Shown here in pieces: positions 10,649 through 20,203 of a DNA stretch of 64,000 nucleotides (position 1 is its first letter; each line of letters starts with the position of its first letter). Source of the DNA: an uncultured bacterium (GTDB lineage: Bacteria > Patescibacteriota > Minisyncoccia > UBA6257 > 2-01-FULL-56-20); contig CAWJQC010000004.1 in NCBI GenBank assembly GCA_963844965.1, forward strand, positions 1 to 64,000, in the 5' to 3' direction. The notes below the pieces were generated by a model. It was not told the DNA's origin, ran no database searches, and saw nothing but the letters and a program-made list of their open reading frames with translations. Made by a program: the position numbers and the translations under genes.

Positions 10649-11176
10649 TCAAAATTCTAACGTGAACTTCGCCCGTTCCCCTTTCTTGAACGGGTGTTTT
10701 ATTTCTTTCATTTCGGTCACCAAATCGGCCGCGCCAATAAATTCACGCGGCGCGTTGCGGCCGGTCAAAATCAAAATTTTACCTTCCGGAAAACTTTTTA
10801 TGGCGCGCAATACCCGCTCCGCGGAAAGCAACCCCAATTTCACCGCAACATTTATTTCGTCCAGGACCATCAAATGCCACTTGCCGCTTTTCAATTCCTT
10901 CGCAAAATATTTGAGCGCTTTCTCCGCGGCTTCAGCGTGTTTCTTCTTCGGCAGTTTATCGCCAAGTATTCCCACGAACCCCAAACCCATTTTCTTGATT
11001 GAAAATTGAAAATTGAAAATTGAAAATTTTTCCGCGAATTCATCTTCGCCCGACCGCCACGGCCCCTTGATGAATTGGATCATGAGCGCCGATTTTCCGC
11101 GCCCCAAAACCCGCACCATCTGCCCCAAAGCCGCGGTCGTTTTCCCTTTTCCGTTTCCCGTGAAAACTATTATCAT
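10649..11176 (-). CDS. btuR: Cob(I)yrinic acid a,c-diamide / cob(I)alamin adenosyltransferase (CobO/BtuR family)
   Basis: MIIVFTGNGKGKTTAALG...IQFIKG P-loop typical of CobA/BtuR; the CDS contains a gaaaatt x4 microsatellite (FSIFNFQFS). Confidence 0.7.
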   Translation of the reverse strand: MIIVFTGNGKGKTTAALGQMVRVLGRGKSALMIQFIKGPWRSGEDEFAEKFSIFNFQFSIKKMGLGFVGILGDKLPKKKHAEAAEKALKYFAKELKSGKWHLMVLDEINVAVKLGLLSAERVLRAIKSFPEGKILILTGRNAPREFIGAADLVTEMKEIKHPFKKGERAKFTLEF

Positions 11177-11185
11177 TTCTGTCGG

Positions 11186-11258
11186 GCCGCTGGGAATCGA
11201 ACCCAGTCTTTATCCGCCAAAGGCGGACAGGCGCACCCTCACCCCCACACCGATTGTA
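11186..11258 (-). ncRNA. tRNA-like 3' portion (anticodon arm with TTT, T arm ctggg-ttcgatt-cccag, acceptor 3' strand cggcccg) directly downstream of tRNA-Pro
   Basis: Lacks its own 5' acceptor; the complementary cgggccg lies at 11399-11405 on the far side of tRNA-Pro. Confidence 0.5.
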
Positions 11259-11263
11259 ATTTG

Positions 11264-11334
11264 TCGGGGAGCCGGGAATCGAACCCGGTCTTCACGCACC
11301 CGAAGCGCGCGTACTGCCGGTATACTACTCCCCG
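11264..11334 (-). tRNA. tRNA-Pro (anticodon CGG)
   Basis: Acceptor cggggag/ctccccg, D arm gtat-accggca-gtac, anticodon stem cgcgc/gcgtg with loop ttcgggt, T arm ccggg-ttcgatt-cccgg. Confidence 0.75.
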
Positions 11335-11405
11335 GTAAATTGGTGTGGGGGCGTGGCGCACGCCTGTCCGCCTCCGGCGGATACTACCGGTATACTACGG
11401 CCCGT
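11335..11405 (-). ncRNA. tRNA-like 5' fragment (acceptor cgggccg plus D arm tagtataccggtagta, nearly identical to the tRNA-Pro 5' half), followed by a tccgcc-ggag-ggcgga hairpin and an inverted-repeat arm caggcg...cccccacacc
   Basis: No T arm; its 3' tail is complementary to the head of the 11186-11258 fragment (ggtgtggggg...cgcctg). Confidence 0.5.
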
Positions 11406-11457
11406 TGTGTCTTTAGCTTACAGTAAACGACTTATCTGGTAAAGAATGCGGAAGGGA

Positions 11458-11889
11458 CTATGCCGTCCCCGTACTGCCGAACCCCCCGCGGGTTTTCTTG
11501 CCCATTTTTTCCACTTCTTTCCAGTCGGCTCTCGCGAATTGCACGAACATCCCCTGCGTTACGCGTTCGCCTTTTTCTATTACCACCGGCTTGTCCGTGA
11601 AATTGTAGTATGCCGACCTGAACTCATCCTCGTCGCCGCAAAAGTCGGGGTCAACGATGCCTACGCCATTCGCGAGCATCAGTCCCTTTTTATAAGTTGA
11701 GCTCCGTGCAGCCAAAAGTATAAAATGTCCGGCGGGCGCCTCTATCGCGACGTTCAGCGGCACAAAACGGATTTCCTTCGGCGGAATTTCCACGGCCTCG
11801 CGCGCGCACAGATCAAAGCAAGCCGCGCCATCCGTCTTATGCGCCGGCAGAGGCAAATCTTTATTAAACCGCCTTATTTTGACCAGCAT
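11458..11889 (-). CDS. dut: dUTP diphosphatase
   Basis: 143 aa; C-terminal GGFGSTG; dUTPase motifs. Confidence 0.85.
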   Translation of the reverse strand: MLVKIRRFNKDLPLPAHKTDGAACFDLCAREAVEIPPKEIRFVPLNVAIEAPAGHFILLAARSSTYKKGLMLANGVGIVDPDFCGDEDEFRSAYYNFTDKPVVIEKGERVTQGMFVQFARADWKEVEKMGKKTRGGFGSTGTA

Positions 11890-11892
11890 TTT

Positions 11893-12294
11893 TTAGCCGA
11901 TTTTTCTCTTCGTTTTTTCCCGATGCAAACGCTTTGACTTTTGCGTCAAAGCGAAAACGGACAAAACCATAATGTAATCGGCTACGACTTCCGAAGAAAC
12001 CTTGTAAGCCGAACCCAGAAAAAATGAGGCGATGATGAGCGCGAAGATGACGACGGTCCAAAGAAGCACAAAAACTTCGCCGGGATGGCGGCTTTCGTGA
12101 ATATCGTACCACCTGTCAAATTCCTTTGTTCCGGCGTAGAGGCCCAAGACGCCCACATAAACCACGCTAAAAGGCGCGATGAGATACCCATAGGCATCAG
12201 CCGCGAAAAAATTTATCACTACGAAAACAATAAAAACCATCGTCCAAAAATTCACGATGTTGCGCAAAATTTTTTCGTTATGAAACAGGTCCAT
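11893..12294 (-). CDS. Hypothetical integral membrane protein (3-4 TM)
   Basis: 133-aa ORF with hydrophobic helices. Confidence 0.45.
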   Translation of the reverse strand: MDLFHNEKILRNIVNFWTMVFIVFVVINFFAADAYGYLIAPFSVVYVGVLGLYAGTKEFDRWYDIHESRHPGEVFVLLWTVVIFALIIASFFLGSAYKVSSEVVADYIMVLSVFALTQKSKRLHREKTKRKIG

Positions 12295-12486
12295 TACTTT
12301 ATATGATACTTTTCTTTCATCTCCTCTTCAACAACCACGCCCTCCCGCTCGGCAAATGCCGAGCGAGGCTCGCCCACTATCGTGGGCGGCAAACTCCATT
12401 ACTGAACATGATACTTATCTTTTATTTCTTGCTCAATCCCTGTTTCAAACTCCTCTTTGGCTCCCTTGGCTTTTTCGGAAAGTTTT

Positions 12487-14040
12487 TTAAGCTCCGCGTC
12501 CGGCATTTTCCCTAACTCCTTGATCCTTTTCTTCCAGCTTCTCTTTTATGTTTCGCTTCGGGTCGTCCAGAACTTCTTCAAGTAAAACCGACAAGATGAA
12601 CCCCACTCGCGGGCCGGGCGGAATGTCCAAAATCTTCATCACGTCGTCGCCTTTAACTTTGAGCATCTTCGGCGAGATCGGGTCGTGCTTCACTTTTTCT
12701 ATCATGAACAAAAGATGGCGCAGCTTATATGGGAAAGCTTTCGGGACGCCGGAACCGATGCGGTCGGCCTCGCGCACTTTGAGCAAGTCGGGAACGTTCT
12801 CCGGGCCGACGCGCGCCAAAAACCTCCGTACGCCTGCTTCCGTCACTTCTCCCACGTTGTAGTAGAAAAGATGGTAGCGCACGAGGTGCACGACTTTTTC
12901 CGCGAAATCCTTTGAGAAACGCAGGCGGTCCAGAGCTTTCGCCGCCATTTTCGCGCCGATATATTCATGCTGATAAAAAGTTGAGTCGGGCCCCTCGCCT
13001 CTTTTTGACTTGGGCTTGCCGAGGTCGTGCAAAAGCGAAGCCAGCCGCACTTCAAGCGAATAATTTTGCTTTACGGCGTAATCAAGCGCGCGGATGTTGT
13101 GCTCAAAAACCGAATAGATGTGATGCTTGTTCTGGCCGACGCCGAGCCCCTCCCGCAGTTCCGGCAGGACATACTGGAGCAAATTCAATTCTTCCAAAAG
13201 CAGAATTCCCTGCGCGGCGCGCGGCGCCATTATTATCTTCTCAAACTCGTCGCGGATCCGCTCTTTGGCGACGGCGTCCAGCAGCGGGCTCAGTTTTTCT
13301 ATCGCGCGGCGCGTTCCCAAATCGATCTGCCAGCCAGAGGCTGGTCCGCCTCCGGCGGAAAAATCAACCCCTCGACTTTGCTCGGGGTTGGCTCGTTCAT
13401 CGAACGAGCCAAGTTCCACGGCGAACCGCACGGCGCGCATGAGACGGAGCGCGTCTTCGTTGAATCGCTCTTCCGGCAGGCCCACGGTGCGGATAATTTT
13501 ATCTTTCAAATCTTTCCGGCCGTCGTACGGATCAATGATTCCCCCAGCTGTCCACCTGACAAGACCCATTGCGATCGCGTTTATCGTAAAATCGCGCCGC
13601 GACAGGTCTTCGTCAATCGTTTTCGCGAAGGTGATGTAATCGGGATGCCGCTTGTCGGTATATTTCCCCTCTTCCCGGAAGGTCGTCACCTCTACCACTC
13701 TTGTGGTCGCAGATACTCGCGGACTTAACGCCGAATCACGCTGAAAACTTTCTGCGTTATTCTGCGTACTGTCTGCGTCCTTCCGCGGTGCGAGTTTAAC
13801 GAGCACAGTGCCGAAATCGTTCTCGTAAACCGTTGACGGATTTTCCGGCGTGCCGCCGTGGAAATTCAGAAACAATTCCTGCACTTTATCGGGCGTCGCG
13901 TTAGTCGCCACATCCCAATCTTTCGGTTCCCGCCCGAGCAAAAGGTCACGCACGCAGCCGCCGACAAGATAGGCCTCGTAACCCTTTTCGCCAAGCAACG
14001 CGCCGATTCTCTTTTACTTCTCCGGGAATGTCGTGTTTCG
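12487..14040 (-). CDS. cca: CCA-adding tRNA nucleotidyltransferase with C-terminal HD domain; N-terminus disrupted by a 1-nt indel in an AAAA run near 13995
   Basis: GYEAYLVGGCVRDLLLGREPKDWDVAT; upstream frame MERKTKHDIPGEVK continues the canonical N-terminus; carries an in-frame palindromic insertion (FSAGGGPASGWQ) at 13331-13368. Confidence 0.85.
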
Positions 14041-14158
14041 TTTTCCTTTCCATTACCCATACTTTACCGGAAAATTTTAAATTGGACAAACTCCCCCCAA
14101 TATACTATATTGTGGCTAGCAACATCTGCGTAGTTTAACGCCAACAAAAGGAGGACGT

Positions 14159-14485
14159 ATGGCAGTAACTTATATGAAAGTAGACGACGGCTTTTATGTA
14201 AGGGTGGATGGCCAGCTTTTTACCCACCTGCGAAAAGGCGATGGATTCGTAGATGACCCCAACGTCAAGTTCAGAGAAACGGTCCTTGTAGTTTCTGCCG
14301 CGGATCTCATTGAAATCGCCATAAAGGCGGACGAAGTGAAGCAATATGGCGCGGAAATACCGACATGCCAATCCTGCAAGGGAACGCCGAATTTTCCAGG
14401 GGAAGTCTGTAATCCAAATGAGGGCATGCAGCAATGCTGTAGTCCTTTCCATCCATTCAATATCAGGAACTTCGGCCGGCCGTAG
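14159..14485 (+). CDS. Hypothetical protein with Cys-rich C-terminus (CQSCKG...CNPNEGMQQCC)
   Basis: 108-aa ORF with strong RBS aaaaggaggacgtATG. Confidence 0.5.
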   Translation: MAVTYMKVDDGFYVRVDGQLFTHLRKGDGFVDDPNVKFRETVLVVSAADLIEIAIKADEVKQYGAEIPTCQSCKGTPNFPGEVCNPNEGMQQCCSPFHPFNIRNFGRP

Positions 14486-14580
14486 ACCATAAACGACAAG
14501 TTCAATCCCCCGCCACCGGCAGCGCGCCACGCTCGCCGGCTTTTGTTTTTTTGCTTGATCTGCAAACCAAACCTCAACTC

Positions 14581-15267
14581 TCAGCGGGATTCCGTGTGAT
14601 CGCGGACCTTGTTAATGAGATGCGCCGCGTATTCACGCCCGCCCAAACCGAAGGCCAGTCCGCCGGCAATCGCCACCATGGCAATGAAGCCGGTGATAAC
14701 GGTATTAATGACGCTCGCGGCGATATTCAACTGCACGAGAGCCGTCAAAAATCCGAACACAACCACAGACCACCACGTAAGCGTCCCCAAGAGATGCGCG
14801 GCGTGCAGGCGGGCGCTCATCACGGATGCCATCACGAGCTTCCTCAAGAAACCGGCTACGACGAGCGACGCAAGTATAACGATGACCGCCACTATCACGT
14901 TGGGTATGTACGCCAGCACGCTTTCTCTCAGAAACGTGGAGAGAGCGGTGAGCTGCAGAATATCTGACGCGGCAAGAAGAAAAGCCACAACGATAAACCA
15001 GTAAACCAGCTTGCCGAGGAAGTGAGCGCCGCGCAAGCGAAGGCCGGCTCTCTCAAAATAAGGAGCAAGTCCCAGCTTCGCCAAAGCGGCGTCCAGCTTT
15101 ATCGCGTCAAACAATTTCTCAACGAGCGTGCCCAAACCGGCGGCGACCACCAAGCCGATTATAAGAACGATCAGAGCTCCGATAAGATTGGGAACAAAAC
15201 CTATAAAACCATACCAGAGGTTCTGCAAAGAAGTTGCAACCACGTCCGTCCAACTTTGAACAACCAT
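14581..15267 (-). CDS. Membrane protein with repeated TM-helix modules (PF05552-like, as in MscS-associated proteins)
   Basis: 228 aa; four similar hydrophobic segments (LIGALIVLIIGLVVA..., FIVVAFLLAAS..., IVAVIVILASLVVAG..., VVVFGFLTALVQL...). Confidence 0.5.
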   Translation of the reverse strand: MVVQSWTDVVATSLQNLWYGFIGFVPNLIGALIVLIIGLVVAAGLGTLVEKLFDAIKLDAALAKLGLAPYFERAGLRLRGAHFLGKLVYWFIVVAFLLAASDILQLTALSTFLRESVLAYIPNVIVAVIVILASLVVAGFLRKLVMASVMSARLHAAHLLGTLTWWSVVVFGFLTALVQLNIAASVINTVITGFIAMVAIAGGLAFGLGGREYAAHLINKVRDHTESR

Positions 15268-15279
15268 GTGTTAAGGGAA

Positions 15280-15545
15280 AATTTATGGAACGTACTTCGA
15301 CCTTTGCCCGGTAGTAGAACTTCGAACAGGACAGTTCTGCCGCCAATGTGTAGTTATAAAACAAAGCGTCACCAGTGCAATTGCCAGCAAAACAACCGCA
15401 CAACCCCCATTCGAAGTCTTCACTACCGGGTTTGCTGTCGTGTCTCGCTCTTGCGAGCCACGATTCGTACCTCACAAAAGTGAGGCACGAGGAACTTTTA
15501 TTAATTATAGCAAGGCTTATTAACTTTTGCACAACCCCCCCTCCA
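15280..15545 (-). promoter_or_regulatory. Structured 250-nt leader upstream of the TM-helix protein gene with a candidate sigma70 promoter (TTGTGC-17-TATAAT, read on the minus strand at about 15510-15540); possible riboswitch or ncRNA
   Basis: Several hairpins (cctcac-tttt-gtgagg, ctcgc-aaga-gcgag); no credible ORF. Confidence 0.3.
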
Positions 15546-15600
15546 TCACGCTCCAGGGCTGGTTAAAACCGCATCTGCACAATATCCTCATTTTTTACTG

Positions 15601-15680
15601 TGGACCCGCCGGGAATTGAACCGGGACCACTGCCTACCGGCAGGCAGGTCAGCAACTCCGCACATAAACTTGTCATAACC
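15601..15680 (-). ncRNA. Non-canonical tRNA-like element: encoded CCA and a T-arm-like segment joined to a P1 palindrome (ctgcctaccggcaggcag) in place of a normal D/anticodon region
   Basis: tggacccgccgggaattgaaccggg is the reverse complement of a tRNA 3' end; no full cloverleaf can be drawn. Confidence 0.35.
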
Positions 15681-15694
15681 CGGTCGCTTAAAAA

Positions 15695-16123
15695 TCACTT
15701 AATTAAAGCGAGGGAGAGCAATACTGCCGCTAAGGAAAGAATGATTAACCCGGAAAAAAATATATAATCAGCAACGTTCTCATAAAGATTAGATCTGCGT
15801 TCAGAAGCCGCGCGCATTGACATGAAGGAGAACAGGCTGCTTACGCAGAATAAAAGAATCTCCGCAGTTGCAATTTTGTCAATTATAGTTATGTTCGGCA
15901 GACCAAGAACCCTGACGGTGGTAAGTACTATGAACGAAAAACCTACCAGGTTTGATGAGGCATTCAATATGTGGGGTGAATTATTATTGTTGTCGTTGTT
16001 GGTAGACATGAGTAGATATAAATAGTTTATAGTGGATTTTGGTGGACCTAGGCGGAATCTCCCGATATTTCTCCCGACTTTAGTCGCGGATGAAATATCG
16101 CGGATACTCGATTTTGTAATCAA
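15695..16123 (-). CDS. Hypothetical small membrane protein (likely start at the internal Met, MSTNNDNNNN)
   Basis: ORF with two or three TM helices. Confidence 0.4.
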   Translation of the reverse strand: MITKSSIRDISSATKVGRNIGRFRLGPPKSTINYLYLLMSTNNDNNNNSPHILNASSNLVGFSFIVLTTVRVLGLPNITIIDKIATAEILLFCVSSLFSFMSMRAASERRSNLYENVADYIFFSGLIILSLAAVLLSLALIK

Positions 16124-16180
16124 ATCGGAGATTTGAACAAAATCGGGAGAACCGCCGCCTCGTCAATGTCCCGATAGCTG

Positions 16181-16254
16181 TGGTGGACCCACCGGGAATT
16201 GAACCCGGACCTCGGCAATGCGAATGCCGCGTAATGCCGTTTTACTATGGGCCC
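16181..16254 (-). tRNA. tRNA-Ala (anticodon CGC), CCA encoded
   Basis: Acceptor gggccca/tgggtcc (one G-U pair), D arm gtaa-aacggca-ttac, anticodon cggca-ttcgcat-tgccg, T arm ccggg-ttcaatt-cccgg. Confidence 0.8.
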
Positions 16255-16299
16255 GTCTCGTGAAAAATTGTAGAACGTTTGAGAATAAACCGCAAACAA

Positions 16300-17115
16300 C
16301 TACTTCTTCAAGATATCCCAGATAAAGATCACGATTTCAATAACAATCAATATGATAACAACCCACTCAAGGAAGTGCGCTTTTTGCGCGGTGATAAAGT
16401 TCAAAAGTGTGGTATTGTTCTCCGACAAGAAATCTATTTTCTCGTTCAGGATGTCAAAGCGGTCGCGGAGCTCGTACTCGTCACGCAATCTGTCGTAAAG
16501 TTTTTCTATCTCTTCGCGCTCCCACGTTTCGTTGGGCTTATCAAATAAGGACAGGCTGGACACCGCGTTCTGCTTAACCGACAGAACATTTCCAACTTGT
16601 TTGAGAAGGTTTGATTGCGTAGTGCGCGTGCGGCCGGAACTTTTCAGATTTTCCACGATCTTGCCAAGCTCATCAAGCCGCTCGTCTATCTCGTTTTCAT
16701 ATCTGTCCAACGCCACTGACTGCGCCGAGACATAAGAAATGATCTTTATCTTTTCCAGATCCAGACCTCTGATGTAAAGTTCTTCAAACGTGGCTTTCTC
16801 ATTGTAGGAAGTTCCGACATGGACAACAAGCGTGTCCGCGTAATCGTACCTTTCCCGCCGGCTTTTCACGAACGGCATTATTTCCCTCGCGAACTCGCTC
16901 GCCAAATTTTTCTTTACGTTCCAAAAAGTAACCGTGCCGAATTTCGTGAGCACGGCGTACTCGCCCTCCAGAAGCTGGACCACAAGCGGGTGGTCGCGGT
17001 TCATAAAATGGTACTTCTTCACGCCCTCCTGCAGATGCTTCAGATCCAACTGCTCGCCAAGGTAGCGGGTCTCAACAAAATACTTTGAAGTTTTTTCTTT
17101 GCGTCTGCTGGGCAT
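16300..17115 (-). CDS. DUF155 / RMD1-family protein with C-terminal TM helix
   Basis: 271 aa; family-like architecture with terminal TM VVIILIVIEIVIFIW. Confidence 0.55.
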   Translation of the reverse strand: MPSRRKEKTSKYFVETRYLGEQLDLKHLQEGVKKYHFMNRDHPLVVQLLEGEYAVLTKFGTVTFWNVKKNLASEFAREIMPFVKSRRERYDYADTLVVHVGTSYNEKATFEELYIRGLDLEKIKIISYVSAQSVALDRYENEIDERLDELGKIVENLKSSGRTRTTQSNLLKQVGNVLSVKQNAVSSLSLFDKPNETWEREEIEKLYDRLRDEYELRDRFDILNEKIDFLSENNTTLLNFITAQKAHFLEWVVIILIVIEIVIFIWDILKK

Positions 17116-17181
17116 TTTACCGGTTACTTACTTTCCCACCCTAACATAAAATTGCCTTGCCGGCAAAGTCAGAATCAGCAA

Positions 17182-19416
17182 CTACTTCTCCAATTTCAGC
17201 GATAAAATTTTGGACGTCCCGTCCTCATTCAATGTCACACCATAGAGTATGTCCGCGACTTCCATCGTGGCGCGGTTGTGCGTCACGATGACGAACTGCG
17301 TGCGTTTGGCAAACTCCTTGAGCATTTCGGCGAACCGCCTCGCGTTCCGTTCGTCAAGCGCGGCGTCAATCTCATCCAAAACCAGGAACGGCGGCGGGCT
17401 CACGGAGATCAAGGCAAAGAGCGCGGCGATTCCCACCAAACTTCTCTCGCCGCCGGAGAGCATCTCCAGGGAATTCACCTTCTTTCTCGGCAGGCGCAAT
17501 TCAATCTCCACGCCGCCTTCTTCCTCCGGCTCTTCTTCCGCTCCTCCTGCGGTTTTGTTCTCGTCGGGAACTTCCTGCGCCTCTTCATCCGTCCCCTCTT
17601 GACTCGTGACGCTTGACGCCTGACGCTTCTCTATCTTCAACTTCGCGTGCCCGCCGCCGAACATCACTTCAAAAAACTTGCCGAACTCCTCGTTTATACG
17701 GACGAGCGCTCCGCCAAATTCTTCCTTTATCTTTTCGCTTAGGTCCTTGATTAATTTCCTCAAATCAACGACCGCTTCCTCCAAATCCGCGGATTCTTTT
17801 TTCAGGAATTCGTACCGGGTTTCCGTATCGTGGGCTTCCCTCATCAGCGCTTCGTCTATTTCACCGATGCTCGCCAGGTCGCCACGTAATTTGAAAATTC
17901 TGCGCTCAATCTCTGGTAAATCTGTCTGAGCAACTATTTCTCCGCCAGAGGCGGATCCGCCTTCGGCGGAAAATTCGCGCGAATTACGCCCGGCTTGCGT
18001 TATCTGCCTCTCCAACTCCTCGCGCCTCAGCTCCAGACGTTCCTTTTCAAACAGAATTTCGCGATTTCGCGCCTCCCACTTCTCTATCTTATCCTTTACG
18101 GCCTCCACTCCCGAAACCGCCGTTTTAAAGGCGTGATAAAATTCCTCCTGATTTTTCTCCAACGCTTTCTCCTTATTTTTGAGATCAATCAATTCTTTCT
18201 CAAGCGCTTCCAGGTCGCGGTTAACTTTTTCAAATTGCGATTCTAAAGCGGGATTCGGCTCGGGCTTCGCCTTTGCCGCGCCGCTTTCTTTTATCTTTCC
18301 GCCTAAAATCTCTTCAATTTCCTCTATTGCGCTCCGTATCGCTTCCTGCATCTCAATCATGTCGCCGCGGAGGCCGTTCTCAAGCGTGCTCTTTATCCTT
18401 TTCACGAGTTCAAGTAATTTCGCGGAACTTGCGGCCTGCCCCGAATCGCCGCGGGGAGCGGCCGCCTGCGACATTTCTATCTGCGCCTCGATCCGTCCGA
18501 GTTCCTTCTGCAGCTGGCCCTTTTTGCCGAGCAGCTCCTGCGTCTGCTCTTTTATCTTTTCAATATCCCTTCTTCCTTCGGGCTGGCTCGCTTCCACTTT
18601 CGCCTGTTCCGCCTCCGCGGCTTTTTTCTCTCTTTCAAGAACCGCGAGCTCGCCGCGGTTCGCACCCGACTTTTTCTCCACATCGGCAAGACCCGTTCTG
18701 ATATCTTTAAGCTGGCTGCCGAAAAATTGATTCTCCAGATTTAGCAATTCTTCCGCGTACTCGCCTCGTTTTTCCCAGCGCGAGGTCTGGCGTTTCAACG
18801 ACCGGAGATGCGGCAGAATTTCCTCAACCAACGCTTTAACTTTATCCAAATTTATCTGGCTGTTTTTGAGCCGCCGCTCGGCGTCCGTTTTTTTAAGCTG
18901 ATATTCCCGAAGCCCGAGCACCTCTTCTATCATTTCCCGCCTCTCTTTCGGCGAAACGCGGATAAAAACGTCGCTGTTGCCTTGCGTCACGACAACAAGC
19001 CCGCGCGAGCCGAGCCGCGCTTTGGCGAAGAAATCAACGAGGTCGCGGAGTAGAATTTCCGACTTGTTCAAAAAGTAGCGGCTCGTGCCGTCGCGCCGGA
19101 TTTCGCGCATGACGGAAACCTCGGCAAAATCCACCGGGAAAAAATTATTGGCATTCTCAAAGTGCAAACTCGCCTGCGCCTGTCCCAGGCGCGGGCGCTT
19201 CGCCGTGCCCGCGAAAATCAAGTCGTCAATTCTGCCGCCGCGCAAACTTTTTGCGTCGCGCTCGCCGAGTAACCAGCGAATGGCGTCAACGACATTGGAC
19301 TTGCCGGAACCATTCGGCCCGACTATCGCCGTAATCCCTCCCGGAAACTCCAAAACCGTCTTCCCGGCGAAGGACTTGAAACCGTTTAATTCTAAGCGTT
19401 TGAGAAAGTGGGGCAT
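17182..19416 (-). CDS. smc: Chromosome segregation protein SMC (short form, 744 aa)
   Basis: Walker A GPNGSGKSN, coiled coils, signature LSGGERSLVGIAALFAL, Walker B VLDEIDAALDE; in-frame palindromic insertion FSAEGGSASGGE at 17942-17973. Confidence 0.85.
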   Translation of the reverse strand: MPHFLKRLELNGFKSFAGKTVLEFPGGITAIVGPNGSGKSNVVDAIRWLLGERDAKSLRGGRIDDLIFAGTAKRPRLGQAQASLHFENANNFFPVDFAEVSVMREIRRDGTSRYFLNKSEILLRDLVDFFAKARLGSRGLVVVTQGNSDVFIRVSPKERREMIEEVLGLREYQLKKTDAERRLKNSQINLDKVKALVEEILPHLRSLKRQTSRWEKRGEYAEELLNLENQFFGSQLKDIRTGLADVEKKSGANRGELAVLEREKKAAEAEQAKVEASQPEGRRDIEKIKEQTQELLGKKGQLQKELGRIEAQIEMSQAAAPRGDSGQAASSAKLLELVKRIKSTLENGLRGDMIEMQEAIRSAIEEIEEILGGKIKESGAAKAKPEPNPALESQFEKVNRDLEALEKELIDLKNKEKALEKNQEEFYHAFKTAVSGVEAVKDKIEKWEARNREILFEKERLELRREELERQITQAGRNSREFSAEGGSASGGEIVAQTDLPEIERRIFKLRGDLASIGEIDEALMREAHDTETRYEFLKKESADLEEAVVDLRKLIKDLSEKIKEEFGGALVRINEEFGKFFEVMFGGGHAKLKIEKRQASSVTSQEGTDEEAQEVPDENKTAGGAEEEPEEEGGVEIELRLPRKKVNSLEMLSGGERSLVGIAALFALISVSPPPFLVLDEIDAALDERNARRFAEMLKEFAKRTQFVIVTHNRATMEVADILYGVTLNEDGTSKILSLKLEK

Positions 19417-19418
19417 TC

Positions 19419-20108
19419 TTATTTATATCTTTTCAGCGCTTCTTTCGCCGCCTCCAACTCCCCTTCCTGTTTTGAGGCGCCGACGCCTTCGGCGATGAAT
19501 TCATCGCCGAAAAAGACGCCGATTCTGAAAATCCGCTTGTGCGCCGGGCCGGACTCGTCCAGAACCTTATATGTCGGCGTCACCTTGAGTTTTTCCTGCA
19601 CAATTTCCTGAAGTTCGCTCTTTGAATCCTTATAGCTCTTCGTTTTCATAATCGTGCCGAGGTTTGTCATCACGAATTTGCCGACGAAATTGCGGACGAC
19701 CTCCGTTCCTTGGTCAAGATAAATCGCGCCGATCACGGCCTCAATGGCGTTCGCGAGAATTACCTCGCGCGCCTTGCCCGTATCTTTTTTCTCGCCCCGA
19801 GAAAGCAAAATGAAATCGTCCAAGTCGATTCCCTCGGCGACTTTTGCCAGCGTCTGGTAATTCACGAGCGCCGCGCGCAAAACTGTCATCTGACCCTCCG
19901 GATAATTTGGGAACCTACTAAAAAGCTCCTCGGAAACTATAAGTTCCAGAACAGCGTCGCCCAAAAACTCCAGCCGCTCGTTGTGCGGCAGGCGCCAGTT
20001 CGGAAATTCGTTCAGATAGGAACGATGCGTCAGCGCCTCCGTTGGTAAATCCTTGTTTTTAAATTGTATTCCGATCTTTTGCTCAAATTTATCTAATTTC
20101 GGCGGCAT
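19419..20108 (-). CDS. rnc: Ribonuclease III
   Basis: ERLEFLGDAVLELIVSEELF RNase III signature plus C-terminal dsRBD. Confidence 0.9.
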   Translation of the reverse strand: MPPKLDKFEQKIGIQFKNKDLPTEALTHRSYLNEFPNWRLPHNERLEFLGDAVLELIVSEELFSRFPNYPEGQMTVLRAALVNYQTLAKVAEGIDLDDFILLSRGEKKDTGKAREVILANAIEAVIGAIYLDQGTEVVRNFVGKFVMTNLGTIMKTKSYKDSKSELQEIVQEKLKVTPTYKVLDESGPAHKRIFRIGVFFGDEFIAEGVGASKQEGELEAAKEALKRYK

Positions 20109-20203
20109 TCACATGCGCAAATTTCTAATTTCTAATATCTAATTTCTAAACCGCGAACGGTATCCGAAATTGGAAATTAGGAATCAGGAATTTACAAGAT
20201 TTT

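Noticed and set aside
15022-15532. ORFs 15022..15483 (+) and 15119..15532 (-)
   Set aside because: They overlap the well-supported membrane-protein gene and a structured non-coding leader; no RBS and unconvincing translations.
15601-15680. Canonical tRNA call for the CCA-encoding element at 15601
   Set aside because: T stem has an internal G-G mismatch and no D arm or acceptor 5' strand can be placed at tRNA distance; only a 44-nt minihelix-like fold using the P1 palindrome works, so it is reported as tRNA-like rather than as a tRNA.
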